IMG/VR virus record: IMGVR_UViG_2061766007_000205
Source of the DNA: an uncultured virus (IMG/VR IMGVR_UViG_2061766007_000205)
Taxonomy: Duplodnaviria; Heunggongvirae; Uroviricota; Caudoviricetes
Strand: one strand, 5' to 3'
Length of the DNA: 64,000 nucleotides
This document shows positions 43,096 to 52,135 of the stretch, piece after piece. Each line of letters starts with the position of its first letter. The first letter of the stretch is position 1. Made by a program: the position numbers and the translations under genes. A model generated the notes under the pieces. It was not told where the DNA came from. It ran no database searches and saw only the letters and a list, made by a program, of their open reading frames with translations.

Positions 43096-44409
43096 ATGCC
43101 TAACTATATGACAGAATTAAGTCCTGATAATAATACTCATGTATACCAGATAAAGGATAAGGAAGCATCCCCTATTGACCTACTCAAAGACACAGTAGGG
43201 TGGGTTGGGAAGAATAAATTACCTTTGGGTACAATATGGCATCTAAATAATATGTCTGATTTTAATGGACTTAATACAGATGGTGAAACTACAAGGGCAA
43301 GAACAACACCTGCGTTTGAATTTCCGTTCCCGAGTCAGACATTCATTATAAGTGGCTTGCCCTCAAAAGTAACCGAATTGAATGCAAATAATGGTGTTAG
43401 ATGTTTTGATGCGAATAAAAATGATTTAGGCAAAGCCGATATCAATGGATTTCAATTCACAACAAAGGCAAATACCGCATACATATACATTATGGTAAAT
43501 GGCGCGAATTTTACTGTTGCCGATTTTACGTCAGCAAACGTAATGATCCGTCCTGCATCCATCATAGATGATACCTACGAGCCTTACCATAAGAGCGTAG
43601 AAGAAGTAGTAGAGCAGGTGTATGCGGATAATGGGGTATTAGGTGCGAAGAATTTACTTCGTTATCCTTATTGGAATACCACAAAAACCGAGAGTGGTAT
43701 TACATTTACAGACAATAATGATGGTACAGTAACGGCAAACGGAACGGCAACCGCAGACGCATATTTCAGATTTGCATCTTCTGCATCAAATGCACCTGCA
43801 TATACCTTGCCGAGTGGCGATTATATCTTATCGGGTAAGGGTCTTGTATCGGGTGCGTCTATCGTTTGTGAAGCCTACAACGGCACAACCTACGTTAAGT
43901 CATTGTTAACGCTTACAAGTGGTACACCATCGGGTACATTGACCATTGATAATATCGGTTATGATCGACTTGCAATCTTCCTTAAAGTAAGCAATGCAAG
44001 CACGATATCAAACGCTAATGTTAAACCCATGCTCCGTCTTGCAAGTGATCCCGATGATACCTATGTTCCCTATGCTATGACTAATAGGGAATTGACGGAG
44101 TTGGCTACAGCACAGGAGAGTGCAATTACTGATATTATAAGTGGGGCAACAGTTGATACAGGGGCAAGCGGAAACAAACTTGTCAAAATAGGCAAAATTG
44201 TCTTTTTGAGATTATCTCTTAAAACTGTCACAGCAACAGCATATTCCGATAATTTGGGTGTAATACCAAGTGGATACAGACCAACAAGCAATCTATTTAT
44301 CAATGCGTTTGGTACAAATGTAAAAATAGGCTCAAATGGAAATATTCAATCTGCGATAGCATTGACAAGCGCAAACGTTCATATTGATACATCTTGGATA
44401 ACATCATAA
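43096..44409 (+). CDS. Allelic receptor-binding/fibre protein with two modules
   Basis: Same N-terminus as 41132; C-terminal IPSGYRP domain; follows a 10-N gap. Confidence 0.7.
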   Translation: MPNYMTELSPDNNTHVYQIKDKEASPIDLLKDTVGWVGKNKLPLGTIWHLNNMSDFNGLNTDGETTRARTTPAFEFPFPSQTFIISGLPSKVTELNANNGVRCFDANKNDLGKADINGFQFTTKANTAYIYIMVNGANFTVADFTSANVMIRPASIIDDTYEPYHKSVEEVVEQVYADNGVLGAKNLLRYPYWNTTKTESGITFTDNNDGTVTANGTATADAYFRFASSASNAPAYTLPSGDYILSGKGLVSGASIVCEAYNGTTYVKSLLTLTSGTPSGTLTIDNIGYDRLAIFLKVSNASTISNANVKPMLRLASDPDDTYVPYAMTNRELTELATAQESAITDIISGATVDTGASGNKLVKIGKIVFLRLSLKTVTATAYSDNLGVIPSGYRPTSNLFINAFGTNVKIGSNGNIQSAIALTSANVHIDTSWITS

Positions 44410-44496
44410 TTGAACCTACCATACATAAGGTTGTAGCGTGTTGCCCGATAGGTCAGTTCGTGATTTTGGGTATGGTGAAACGAAAGCGAGTAATAT

Positions 44497-44682
44497 ATGA
44501 CAAAAGAAGAACGTCTAAAACAGATAATGGAGATAGAGGAATTTGCTTTTCTTAAAGAGATTCCATCTGACAAGTTGTGGAAATTGATGTTTGCCTTGTG
44601 CTTTATTATGGGTACTGAAACGGAGAGAGTACATGAAGATAAAAGTAATGCCGTTAGATACGCAGACATTCACAACCTATGA
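44497..44682 (+). CDS. Hypothetical protein
   Basis: ORF only. Confidence 0.4.
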   Translation: MTKEERLKQIMEIEEFAFLKEIPSDKLWKLMFALCFIMGTETERVHEDKSNAVRYADIHNL

Positions 44683-44809
44683 GTGCGATGATTTTGAGTT
44701 TCGGTCGAACAATGCCTGTAATTGGGTAAGCATAATGAAAGACGGCAAGGAAATTGCATTTATTGAACGTGTCGGAGTGATTAAGACTATGTCGCATACT
44801 GAAACGTAA
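44633..44809 (+). CDS. Hypothetical protein (MKIKVMPL...)
   Basis: GGAG SD before ATG 44633; followed by hairpin/T-run at about 44846-44870. Confidence 0.45.
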   Translation: MKIKVMPLDTQTFTTYECDDFEFRSNNACNWVSIMKDGKEIAFIERVGVIKTMSHTET

Positions 44810-44905
44810 GCAAAACAGACTTGCCCGTTGAAAACACGGGGAGCAAGGCACTCTTTCGGGAGTGCTTTTTATTGAAAAGTAAGTAAGATGTAGGTGGGCA
44901 AATAA

Positions 44906-45160
44906 ATGACAGAAATCGCAGTATCAATCATAACCGGGGTTTTAACCCTTATAGGGGTAATCATTACAAACAGCGAGAGCAATCGGAAGATCGAGCATAA
45001 ACTTGAAGTGAGTCAAGCGATCACAGATACAAAGCTCGAAAATCTGACACAGGAAGTTCGCAGACAGACTGATTTTGCACTTAAAATCCCGGTACTTGAA
45101 CAGAAGATCATTAACTGTGAGTCAGACATTAAGGAATTGAAAGAGGCAAGGAATGGATAA
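44906..45160 (+). CDS. Small TM plus coiled-coil protein
   Basis: IAVSIITGVLTLIGVII then heptad repeats. Confidence 0.6.
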   Translation: MTEIAVSIITGVLTLIGVIITNSESNRKIEHKLEVSQAITDTKLENLTQEVRRQTDFALKIPVLEQKIINCESDIKELKEARNG

Positions 45161-45401
45161 GGTGGTTGATTATCTCGTATACGAGCAAAGTCAGGTAAGA
45201 TCAGACAGGACGAACCGTAGGCTATGGATTCTGTGTATCATTCTGATAGTTTCTCTTTTGGGAACTAACGCAGGGTGGTTATATTACGAGAATCAGTTTA
45301 CGGATATAAGCACTACTATACAGGCGGAACAGGATGGTGCAGGAACAAATATTATAAGCGGGGGTGATTATTATGGGACAGAGAGTGAAGATAACAACTA
45401 A
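45153..45401 (+). CDS. Single-TM protein
   Basis: RRLWILCIILIVSLLGTNAGW. Confidence 0.6.
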   Translation: MDKVVDYLVYEQSQVRSDRTNRRLWILCIILIVSLLGTNAGWLYYENQFTDISTTIQAEQDGAGTNIISGGDYYGTESEDNN

Positions 45402-45501
45402 AATGAGAGTCAATAAGATGCACGTTGGGATGCACCCGTGTCCTGAATGTCATGGTAGTGGAATGAAGAAAAATGTAGGACGTGGAGCAAAGAAGGGTTA
45501 A
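45373..45501 (+). CDS. 42-aa basic peptide with CxxCxGxG motif
   Basis: MGQRVKITTKMRVNKMHVGMHPCPECHGSGMKKNVGRGAKKG; GGGGTG SD; homolog at 47392-47528. Confidence 0.65.
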   Translation: MGQRVKITTKMRVNKMHVGMHPCPECHGSGMKKNVGRGAKKG

Positions 45502-45531
45502 GCAATCTCAATGAGGTTGCTTTTTTATGCT

Positions 45532-45729
45532 ATGAAAGAATATACCAACACGGACATATCCAGAGTGATTGACGAGTACATTCACAATGAACGTGACAGA
45601 CAAATTCTTAAAAGACGTTATATAGACGGACGATACTATGAGCCGTTAGCAGAAGAATTTGATATGTCTGTATCGCAGATAAAGCGGATCATTTATCGAA
45701 ACGAAAATAAGATATTCAAACACTTGTGA
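45532..45729 (+). CDS. Sigma70 region-4-like HTH regulator (variants at about 47721-47915 and 49925-50122)
   Basis: RDRQILKRRYIDG..YEPLAEEFDMSVSQIKRII. Confidence 0.7.
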   Translation: MKEYTNTDISRVIDEYIHNERDRQILKRRYIDGRYYEPLAEEFDMSVSQIKRIIYRNENKIFKHL

Positions 45730-45817
45730 ACCAAAAGTGAACCGAAAGAAGTATGCAGAAGACCTCGCAAAAGCGGGGTCTTTTTTTTATGCTTAAAAGC
45801 AAGGGAGAGTGATAAAA

Positions 45818-45961
45818 ATGGATTTGAAAAAGTTATGCGAAAAAGTATTAGAGAATGAGGAAGTAAAAGATATTCCTCTTATTTTTGTGCTTACAGTAAT
45901 CAATAGTGTAATTGAAGCTATATCATCCGGCGAATGTTTTATAACAGCGGAGTATGACTAA
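45818..45961 (+). CDS. 47-aa conserved hypothetical protein (variant 48001-48144)
   Basis: MDLKKLCEKVLENEEVKDIPLIFV...; TAATG coupling to the next gene in both variants. Confidence 0.6.
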   Translation: MDLKKLCEKVLENEEVKDIPLIFVLTVINSVIEAISSGECFITAEYD

Positions 45962-46347
45962 TGTTTAGTGAGTTGAATATTAACCCAGAAAAACGATTAG
46001 TGGGCGATTGTGTAATACGCGCAATCGGTGTAGTGACAGACAAGGATTGGGATGATGTGTACCTTGACCTTGCTTTACAGAAGGGATTTGTAATGAAGCA
46101 AATGCCGTCTGAAAACAACGTATGGGGTTCATACTTACACGATCTTGGATTCAAACGTCACGTCATAGAGGACACTTGCCCTGATTGTTATACAGTTAGG
46201 GATTTTGTGAGGGATCATCCGCAGGGAAGATATGTTTTAGGTACGGGAACACACGCAATCGGTGTTGTCGATGGTACATACTTTGACACTACCGATACGG
46301 GTGATGAAGTACCGCAATACTACTTTGAAAAGGAGAACAAGCAATGA
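45961..46347 (+). CDS. Putative papain-fold cysteine peptidase-like protein
   Basis: GDCVIRAI ... THAIGV ... YFDTTD (Cys-His-Asp order). Confidence 0.55.
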   Translation: MFSELNINPEKRLVGDCVIRAIGVVTDKDWDDVYLDLALQKGFVMKQMPSENNVWGSYLHDLGFKRHVIEDTCPDCYTVRDFVRDHPQGRYVLGTGTHAIGVVDGTYFDTTDTGDEVPQYYFEKENKQ

Positions 46348-46821
46348 TTACACCTTATCCCATGTATCAGGGTTATCCGCAGTACCCGGTACAGATGCCA
46401 ACACAAAACAACGCATATCCAACGCAAATGAACGTTGCGCCAACACAACAAAACGTTAACGCGAACGTTGGAACACCGCAGATTCAGGACGGCGGCTTTG
46501 TCATTATACCTGATGAAAAGGATGTACTGACATATCCCGTNNNNNNNNNNNNNNNNNNNNNNNNNNNNNNNNNNNNNNNNNTGCAAGTTACTCACAGTTT
46601 GAAGACCCGAAGATTGATAGGTACAGACTCGTCAAGGAAGAAGACGAGAACGAACAGCCGAAACCGGGGATCACAAAAGAAGATTTTGACTCTGTAATGG
46701 ATGAATTGGATTCTTTAAGATCGGACTTTGACGAGATAAGGGGTGATATCAATGCCCTTAAAGAAACAAAGGATCAGTCCGTCAAGAAGACGGCAAGAAG
46801 ACATACGGATGGAGATGATTG
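46344..46821 (+). CDS. Protein with Gln/Pro/Tyr-rich N-terminus and coiled-coil C-terminus (gapped; variants at 48527 and 50214)
   Basis: MITPYPMYQGYPQYPVQMP...; ends RRHTDGDD. Confidence 0.6.
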
Positions 46822-47150
46822 ATATGGCNNNNNNNNNNNNNNNNNNNNNNNNNNNNNNNNNNNNNNNNNNNNNNNNNNNNNNNNNAAAGCACAGTTCTTC
46901 TCGCAGAAGTTCAATGTAGCATTACCGCAGAACATAAATACGGGGTACGATGCCGTACAGTTTATGCTTAACAAAGGTATGCTCACGCAGGANNNNNNNN
47001 NNGAATAGGGGCAGATAACCGTTATTAAACAAAAGTGGCTTCTATTTTACTTAATTCGTTCAATCTAACTCTTATTTAACTTGGTTTTAATTAGATTATC
47101 GAGATAAATCCGCAAATATGCGAGTTAAATTGTTGAATTAGAATATTTTG

Positions 47151-47240
47151 ATATTAGGCCAAGTGCGCATAGGCTTGATATACCGACTATCCGACAAGAG
47201 GATAGCCGCTAACCTTAAACAACTAAAGGAAGGAGAAAAT
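47151..47240 (+). ncRNA. Structured 5' leader RNA, variant 1
   Basis: Two stems covary with the copy at 50850; invariant loop AAGTGCGCATA. Confidence 0.7.
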
Positions 47241-48143
47241 TGAATATGGCTTTAGACAATGGTAATACTTCGATGTACATGCCCGTTGCTCCGGCTTACA
47301 ATGGCGGNNNNNNNNNNTACCACTTACGAAGCAGAACAGAAGATAGAAAACGGAACAGGAAACGCAATTATAACAGACGGGGTACACATCAATGGCACGG
47401 ATAACGCAGAGTGTGAGAGTAACAACTAGAATGAGAGTAAATAAGATGCACGTTGGGATGCACCCGTGTCCGAACTGTAAGGGTGTAGGAATGGTGAAGA
47501 ATGTAGGGCGTGGAGCAAAGAAGCGATGNNNNNNNNNNAAATAGGGGGAAATAACCCTTATTAAACAAAAACCGCTTTAATTTTGCTTAACTCAATCATT
47601 TTATCTCATATTTAACTCGGTTTAACTTAATTGTTGAGTTAAGAATGAGTTAATTCAAGTTATTAAGGCAAGTGCGCATAGCCTTGATATACGGACGGCA
47701 CATAACGTGANNNNNNNNNNAAAGAGTACAGTAATTCGGCTGTAAACAGAGTTATAGACGAATACATACATTCATCAAGAGATAGGAATATTATGAAACG
47801 GCGTATGATTGATGGCGTATGCTTTGAACCATTAGCCGAAGAAATGAATATGTCCGTATCACAAATAAAACGGATAGTACATAAACACGAAATTAAGATT
47901 TTCGACCATTTATGATCCGAAAATGATACATAAATAGATTGATTAAGACCTCGATTATTCGGGGTCTTTTTTTTATGCTTAAAAAGGCGAGGTGATAAAA
48001 ATGGATGTAAAAAAATTATGTAGCAAAGTATTAGAGAATGAGGATGTTAAAGACATACCTCTTATTTTCGTGCTTATTGTAATAAACAGCGTAATTGAAG
48101 CTATTTCATCAGGCGAGTGTTTTTATCAAACGGAGTATGACTA

Positions 48144-48530
48144 ATGTATAGCGAGTTGAATATTAACCCGGAGAAGAAATTGACAGGCGATTGCGTTATT
48201 AGAGCAATCGGAGTAGTGACGGATAAAGATTGGGATGATGTCTACCTTGATCTTTGTTTGCATAAAGGTTTTGCAATGAAACAAATGCCATCGGAAAACA
48301 GCGTATGGGGGTCTTACCTTCACGATCTTGGCTTCAAACGGCATTCAATAGAGGACACATGCCCTGATTGTTATACAGTTAGAGATTTTGTAAAAGATCA
48401 TCCGATAGGAAGATTTGTTTTAGGAACGGGAACACATGCAATCGGCGTTGTAGATGGAACGTATTTTGATACTACCGATACAGGTGATGAAGTCCCGCAA
48501 TATTACTTTGAAAAGGAGAACATACAATGA
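48144..48530 (+). CDS. Peptidase-like protein (variant of 45961-46347)
   Basis: Close homolog; Cys/His/Asp conserved. Confidence 0.55.
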   Translation: MYSELNINPEKKLTGDCVIRAIGVVTDKDWDDVYLDLCLHKGFAMKQMPSENSVWGSYLHDLGFKRHSIEDTCPDCYTVRDFVKDHPIGRFVLGTGTHAIGVVDGTYFDTTDTGDEVPQYYFEKENIQ

Positions 48531-48832
48531 TTACACCTTATCCTATGTATCAGGGTTATCCACAGTACCCGGTACAGATGCCAACACAAAATAACGCATA
48601 TCCAACACAGATGAACGTTGGAGCAACGCAACAGAACGTAAATCCGAACGTTGGAACACCGCAGATTCAGGATGGCGGCTTTGTCATTATACCTGATGAA
48701 AAGGATGTACTGACATATCCCGTACAGCCGGGGCATTGTGTGAGGTTTAAGGTTGTTGGAAAACCTATCTACTTTGAGAAGACNNNNNNNNNNTAAGAAC
48801 GTAGGAAGAGGTGCAAGAAAAAGATAACAGTT

Positions 48833-48994
48833 CTATTTTATAGGGTTGTTTTTTATATACTCCGTAATTGCCCTATCTATCAATTTACTTATTGGGATCA
48901 TAGTTTTTTCAGAGTAATATTTCAATTCCTTAACTACTTCCTTATCAAGCGTTGTAGAGAATCGTTCGCGATTTTTCAATGTATTGTCTGACAT
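48833..48994 (-). CDS. Ribbon-helix-helix protein, 53 aa
   Basis: MSDNTLKNRERFSTTLDKEVVKELKYYSEKTMIPISKLIDRAITEYIK; AAAGGAGA SD; divergent from HNH gene. Confidence 0.7.
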   Translation of the reverse strand: MSDNTLKNRERFSTTLDKEVVKELKYYSEKTMIPISKLIDRAITEYIKNNPIK

Positions 48995-49104
48995 AGTGTA
49001 TCTCCTTTATGTTAATTAACGTTAACACATTTTAATGTTGAAAACAATACTATTATATGTTATAGTTAATTAAGGTTAAATAACATTAAATAAAGGAGAT
49101 AAAT

Positions 49105-49884
49105 ATGGCAACTGATTATACAGACTACACAGGACAGCGTTTTGGCAGATTGTTAGTTATAGGGAAAGAACCCGGTAGCCGTGCAAGATGGATATGTCAA
49201 TGTGATTGTGGCAATCAAAAAACAATGTATGCTTACTTCCTAAAAAAAACAAAGAGTTGTGGGTGTTTAGAAAAAGAAAACAGACAATCTATTGGTAAGA
49301 GATTACAAACTCATGGAAAGACAAACACGATACTGTATTCAAAGTATTGTAGCATGAAAATGCGGATTCACAATCCGAATTATAAGCACTACGATAGGTA
49401 CGGGGGAAGGGGAATTAAGATATGTGACGAATGGGAAAACTCATTTGAAGCATTTTATGAATGGGCGTATAAAAACGGATTTGACGATAATAAAAAGGGT
49501 TATGAGCAGACCCTTGATAGAATAGATGTCAACGGAGATTATGAACCGAATAATTGTAGATGGGTAAACCAAAAGGAGCAGTCAAACAATAAAGGATGCA
49601 CCCGTTATGTAGACTATAAAGGGCAAAAAGTACCCCTTTCTGTTTTTTGTGAGCAACATGGGATTACTCATCATAAGTTTGTAACTCGTGGACTTGACGA
49701 TAATAAGACACCAGAACAAATTATAGAAGAATGGAACGATATACACGGTGGTAAATATATGTCACCGCAAGAAGCGGCTGATTTTTACGGAGTAAAAAAA
49801 TCAACCATACATTCTTGGATAAGATCAGGTAAACTTAAAGCCAAAAAGCTAAAGTTTTATGTATTGATACCAAAAGAACAGTAA
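49105..49884 (+). CDS. Free-standing HNH-type endonuclease with C-terminal HTH
   Basis: GQRFGRL, CQCDCGN, YGGRGI, TLDRIDVNGDYEPNNCRW; C-terminal EAADFYGVKKSTIHSWI. Confidence 0.8.
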   Translation: MATDYTDYTGQRFGRLLVIGKEPGSRARWICQCDCGNQKTMYAYFLKKTKSCGCLEKENRQSIGKRLQTHGKTNTILYSKYCSMKMRIHNPNYKHYDRYGGRGIKICDEWENSFEAFYEWAYKNGFDDNKKGYEQTLDRIDVNGDYEPNNCRWVNQKEQSNNKGCTRYVDYKGQKVPLSVFCEQHGITHHKFVTRGLDDNKTPEQIIEEWNDIHGGKYMSPQEAADFYGVKKSTIHSWIRSGKLKAKKLKFYVLIPKEQ

Positions 49885-50455
49885 GGGAGAAAAAGCAATC
49901 TCAATGAGGTTGCTTTTTTATGCTATGAAAGAATATACCAACACGGACATATCGAACGTGATAGACGAGTACATTCACAATGAACGTGATCGCCGGATAT
50001 TGAAGAGACGTTATATAGACGGACGATGCTATGAGCCGTTGGCAGAAGAATTTGATATGTCAGTATCACAGATAAAAAGAGTAATTCATAAACATGAGTA
50101 TACGATATTCGATCACTTATGAACCGAATTTGACCTGAAAGATAGACAGTTATGACCTCGCAAAAGCGGGGTCTTTTTTTTATGCTTAAAAGCAAGGGAG
50201 AGTNNNNNNNNNNAGCAAGTTACTCACAGTTTGAAGACCCGAAGATTGATAGGTACAGACTTGTTAAGGAAGAAGACGAAAACGAAAAGCCGAAACCGAG
50301 TATCACAAAAGAAGACTTTGATTCCGTAATGGATGAATTGGATGCTTTAAGATCAGACTTTGACGAGATAAGGGGTGACATCAATGCCCTTAAAGAAACA
50401 AAGGATCAACCCGTCAAGAAGACGGCAAGAAGACATACGGATGGAGATGATTGAT

Positions 50456-50692
50456 ATGGCAGGAAACATGAACGATTTTATGAACCTTTGTGATGAAATG
50501 CTGAAAGCACCTGACAAGGCACAGTTCTTCTCACAGAAGTTCAATGTGAAATTACCGCAGAACATAAACACCGGGTACGATGCCGTACAGTTTATGCTTA
50601 ATAGAGGTATGCTCACGCAGGATCAGGTAAACAATGCTATGAAAATGAGCAATCATCCAATATTTCAGAAGTTTATGAATAGGGGCAGATAA
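50456..50692 (+). CDS. Small Met/Asn/Gln-rich protein of the accessory operon
   Basis: MAGNMNDF...DAVQFMLNRGMLTQDQVNNA; variant fragments at 46886-46992 and 51481-51648. Confidence 0.6.
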   Translation: MAGNMNDFMNLCDEMLKAPDKAQFFSQKFNVKLPQNINTGYDAVQFMLNRGMLTQDQVNNAMKMSNHPIFQKFMNRGR

Positions 50693-50849
50693 CCGTTATT
50701 AAACAAAAATGGCTTCTATTTTACTTAATTCGTTCGATTTAACTCTTATTTAACTCGATTTAACTAATCTAACGAGTTAAACACGAATAAAACACCCGCT
50801 ACGCACCATTCGGTGTTTCACGGGTTCACATATATTATATACCATTTTG

Positions 50850-50940
50850 ATATTAAGGCAAGTGCGCATAGCCTTGATATACGGACGGCACATAACGTGA
50901 GTGCCGCCCCTAACCTTAAACAACTAAAGGAAGGAGATAA
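50850..50940 (+). ncRNA. Structured 5' leader RNA, variant 2 (partial third copy at 47661-47710)
   Basis: Compensatory base changes relative to 47151-47240. Confidence 0.7.
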
Positions 50941-50946
50941 TTGAAT

Positions 50947-51470
50947 ATGGCTTTAGAAAATGGATCATCAATGTATATGCCCGTTGCTCCGGCTTATGGT
51001 AACGGTGGCGGTTTTGGTGGCTTTGGTAACGATTGGGGTTGGATCATCCTTCTGCTTCTCTTCGCTAATGGCGGTATGTGGGGCATGAATGGTGGTATGT
51101 GGGGTATGGAAGGACTCTACCCGTGGATGAACAACTCACAGAACATCAACAACGGCTTCCGCGATCAGATGCTCAATGACAACATTACGTCTATTCGTGA
51201 CGGTGTTCAGGGCATTTCTACACAGCTTTGCAACGGTCTTGCTTCGATTGAGCAGGGCGCAAATGCACGTCAGATGGCAGATATGCAACAGATGTTTGCT
51301 ATTCAGAGTTCATTGCAGAATTGTTGCTGTGAAAACCGCGCCGGAATCGCAGACCTCAAATATACGGTTGCAACGGAGAATTGCGCAGATCGTACAGCCG
51401 CTTATCAGAACACACAGGCAATCATCGAAGCAGGAAACAGAAACAGTCAGGCAATCCTTGACAAACTCTG
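50947..51470 (+). CDS. Gly/aromatic-rich, TM, coiled-coil protein with CCC motif; intron-less allele (runs into gap)
   Basis: GGGFGG..WGWIILLLLF..QNCCCENRAGIADLKY. Confidence 0.75.
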
Positions 51471-51756
51471 NNNNNNNNNNCCCCAACAAGGCGCAGTTCT
51501 TCTCGCAGAAGTTCAACGTAGCATTACCGCAGAACATAAACACCGGGTACGATGCCGTACAGTTTATGCTTAACAAAGGTATGCTCACGCAGGATCAGGT
51601 GAACAATGCTATGAAAATGAGCAATCATCCGTTGTTTCAAAGGTTTATNNNNNNNNNNNNNNNNNNNNNNNNNNNNNNNNNNNNNNNNNNNNNNNNNNNN
51701 NNNNNNNNNNNNNNNNNNNNNNNNNNGACCTTATAAAAGTTGAAAGGAGAAAAGAA

Positions 51757-52135
51757 ATGGCTTTAGACAATGGAACAATGTATATGCCTGTTGCTCCTGC
51801 CTACAATGGCGGTGGTTTTGGCGGCATGGGAACTGATGGATGGTGGGTATTACTTCTGCTTCTTTTCGCAGGTGGCGGTTGGGGCATGAATGGCTTCGGC
51901 GGCGGTATGTGGGGTATGGACGGACTCTACCCGTGGATGAATAACTCACAGAACATCAACAACGGCTTCCGCGATCAGATGCTTAATGACAATATCACGT
52001 CTATTCGTGATGGAGTACAGGGCATTTCAACACAGCTTTGCAACGGCTTCGCTTCAATAGAGCAGGGCGCAAATGCAAGACAGATGGCAGATATGCAACA
52101 GATGTTCTCGTTACAGAGCGCATTACAGCAGTGCT
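51757..52135 (+). CDS. Exon 1 of the intron-containing allele of the CCC protein
   Basis: Colinear with the 50947 allele up to QQC; ends in T at the predicted 5' splice site. Confidence 0.85.

Noticed and set aside
41132..44409. Diversity-generating retroelement or invertase shufflon acting on fibre genes
   Set aside because: No reverse transcriptase, no adenine-specific TR/VR pair, no invertase or inverted cassettes seen
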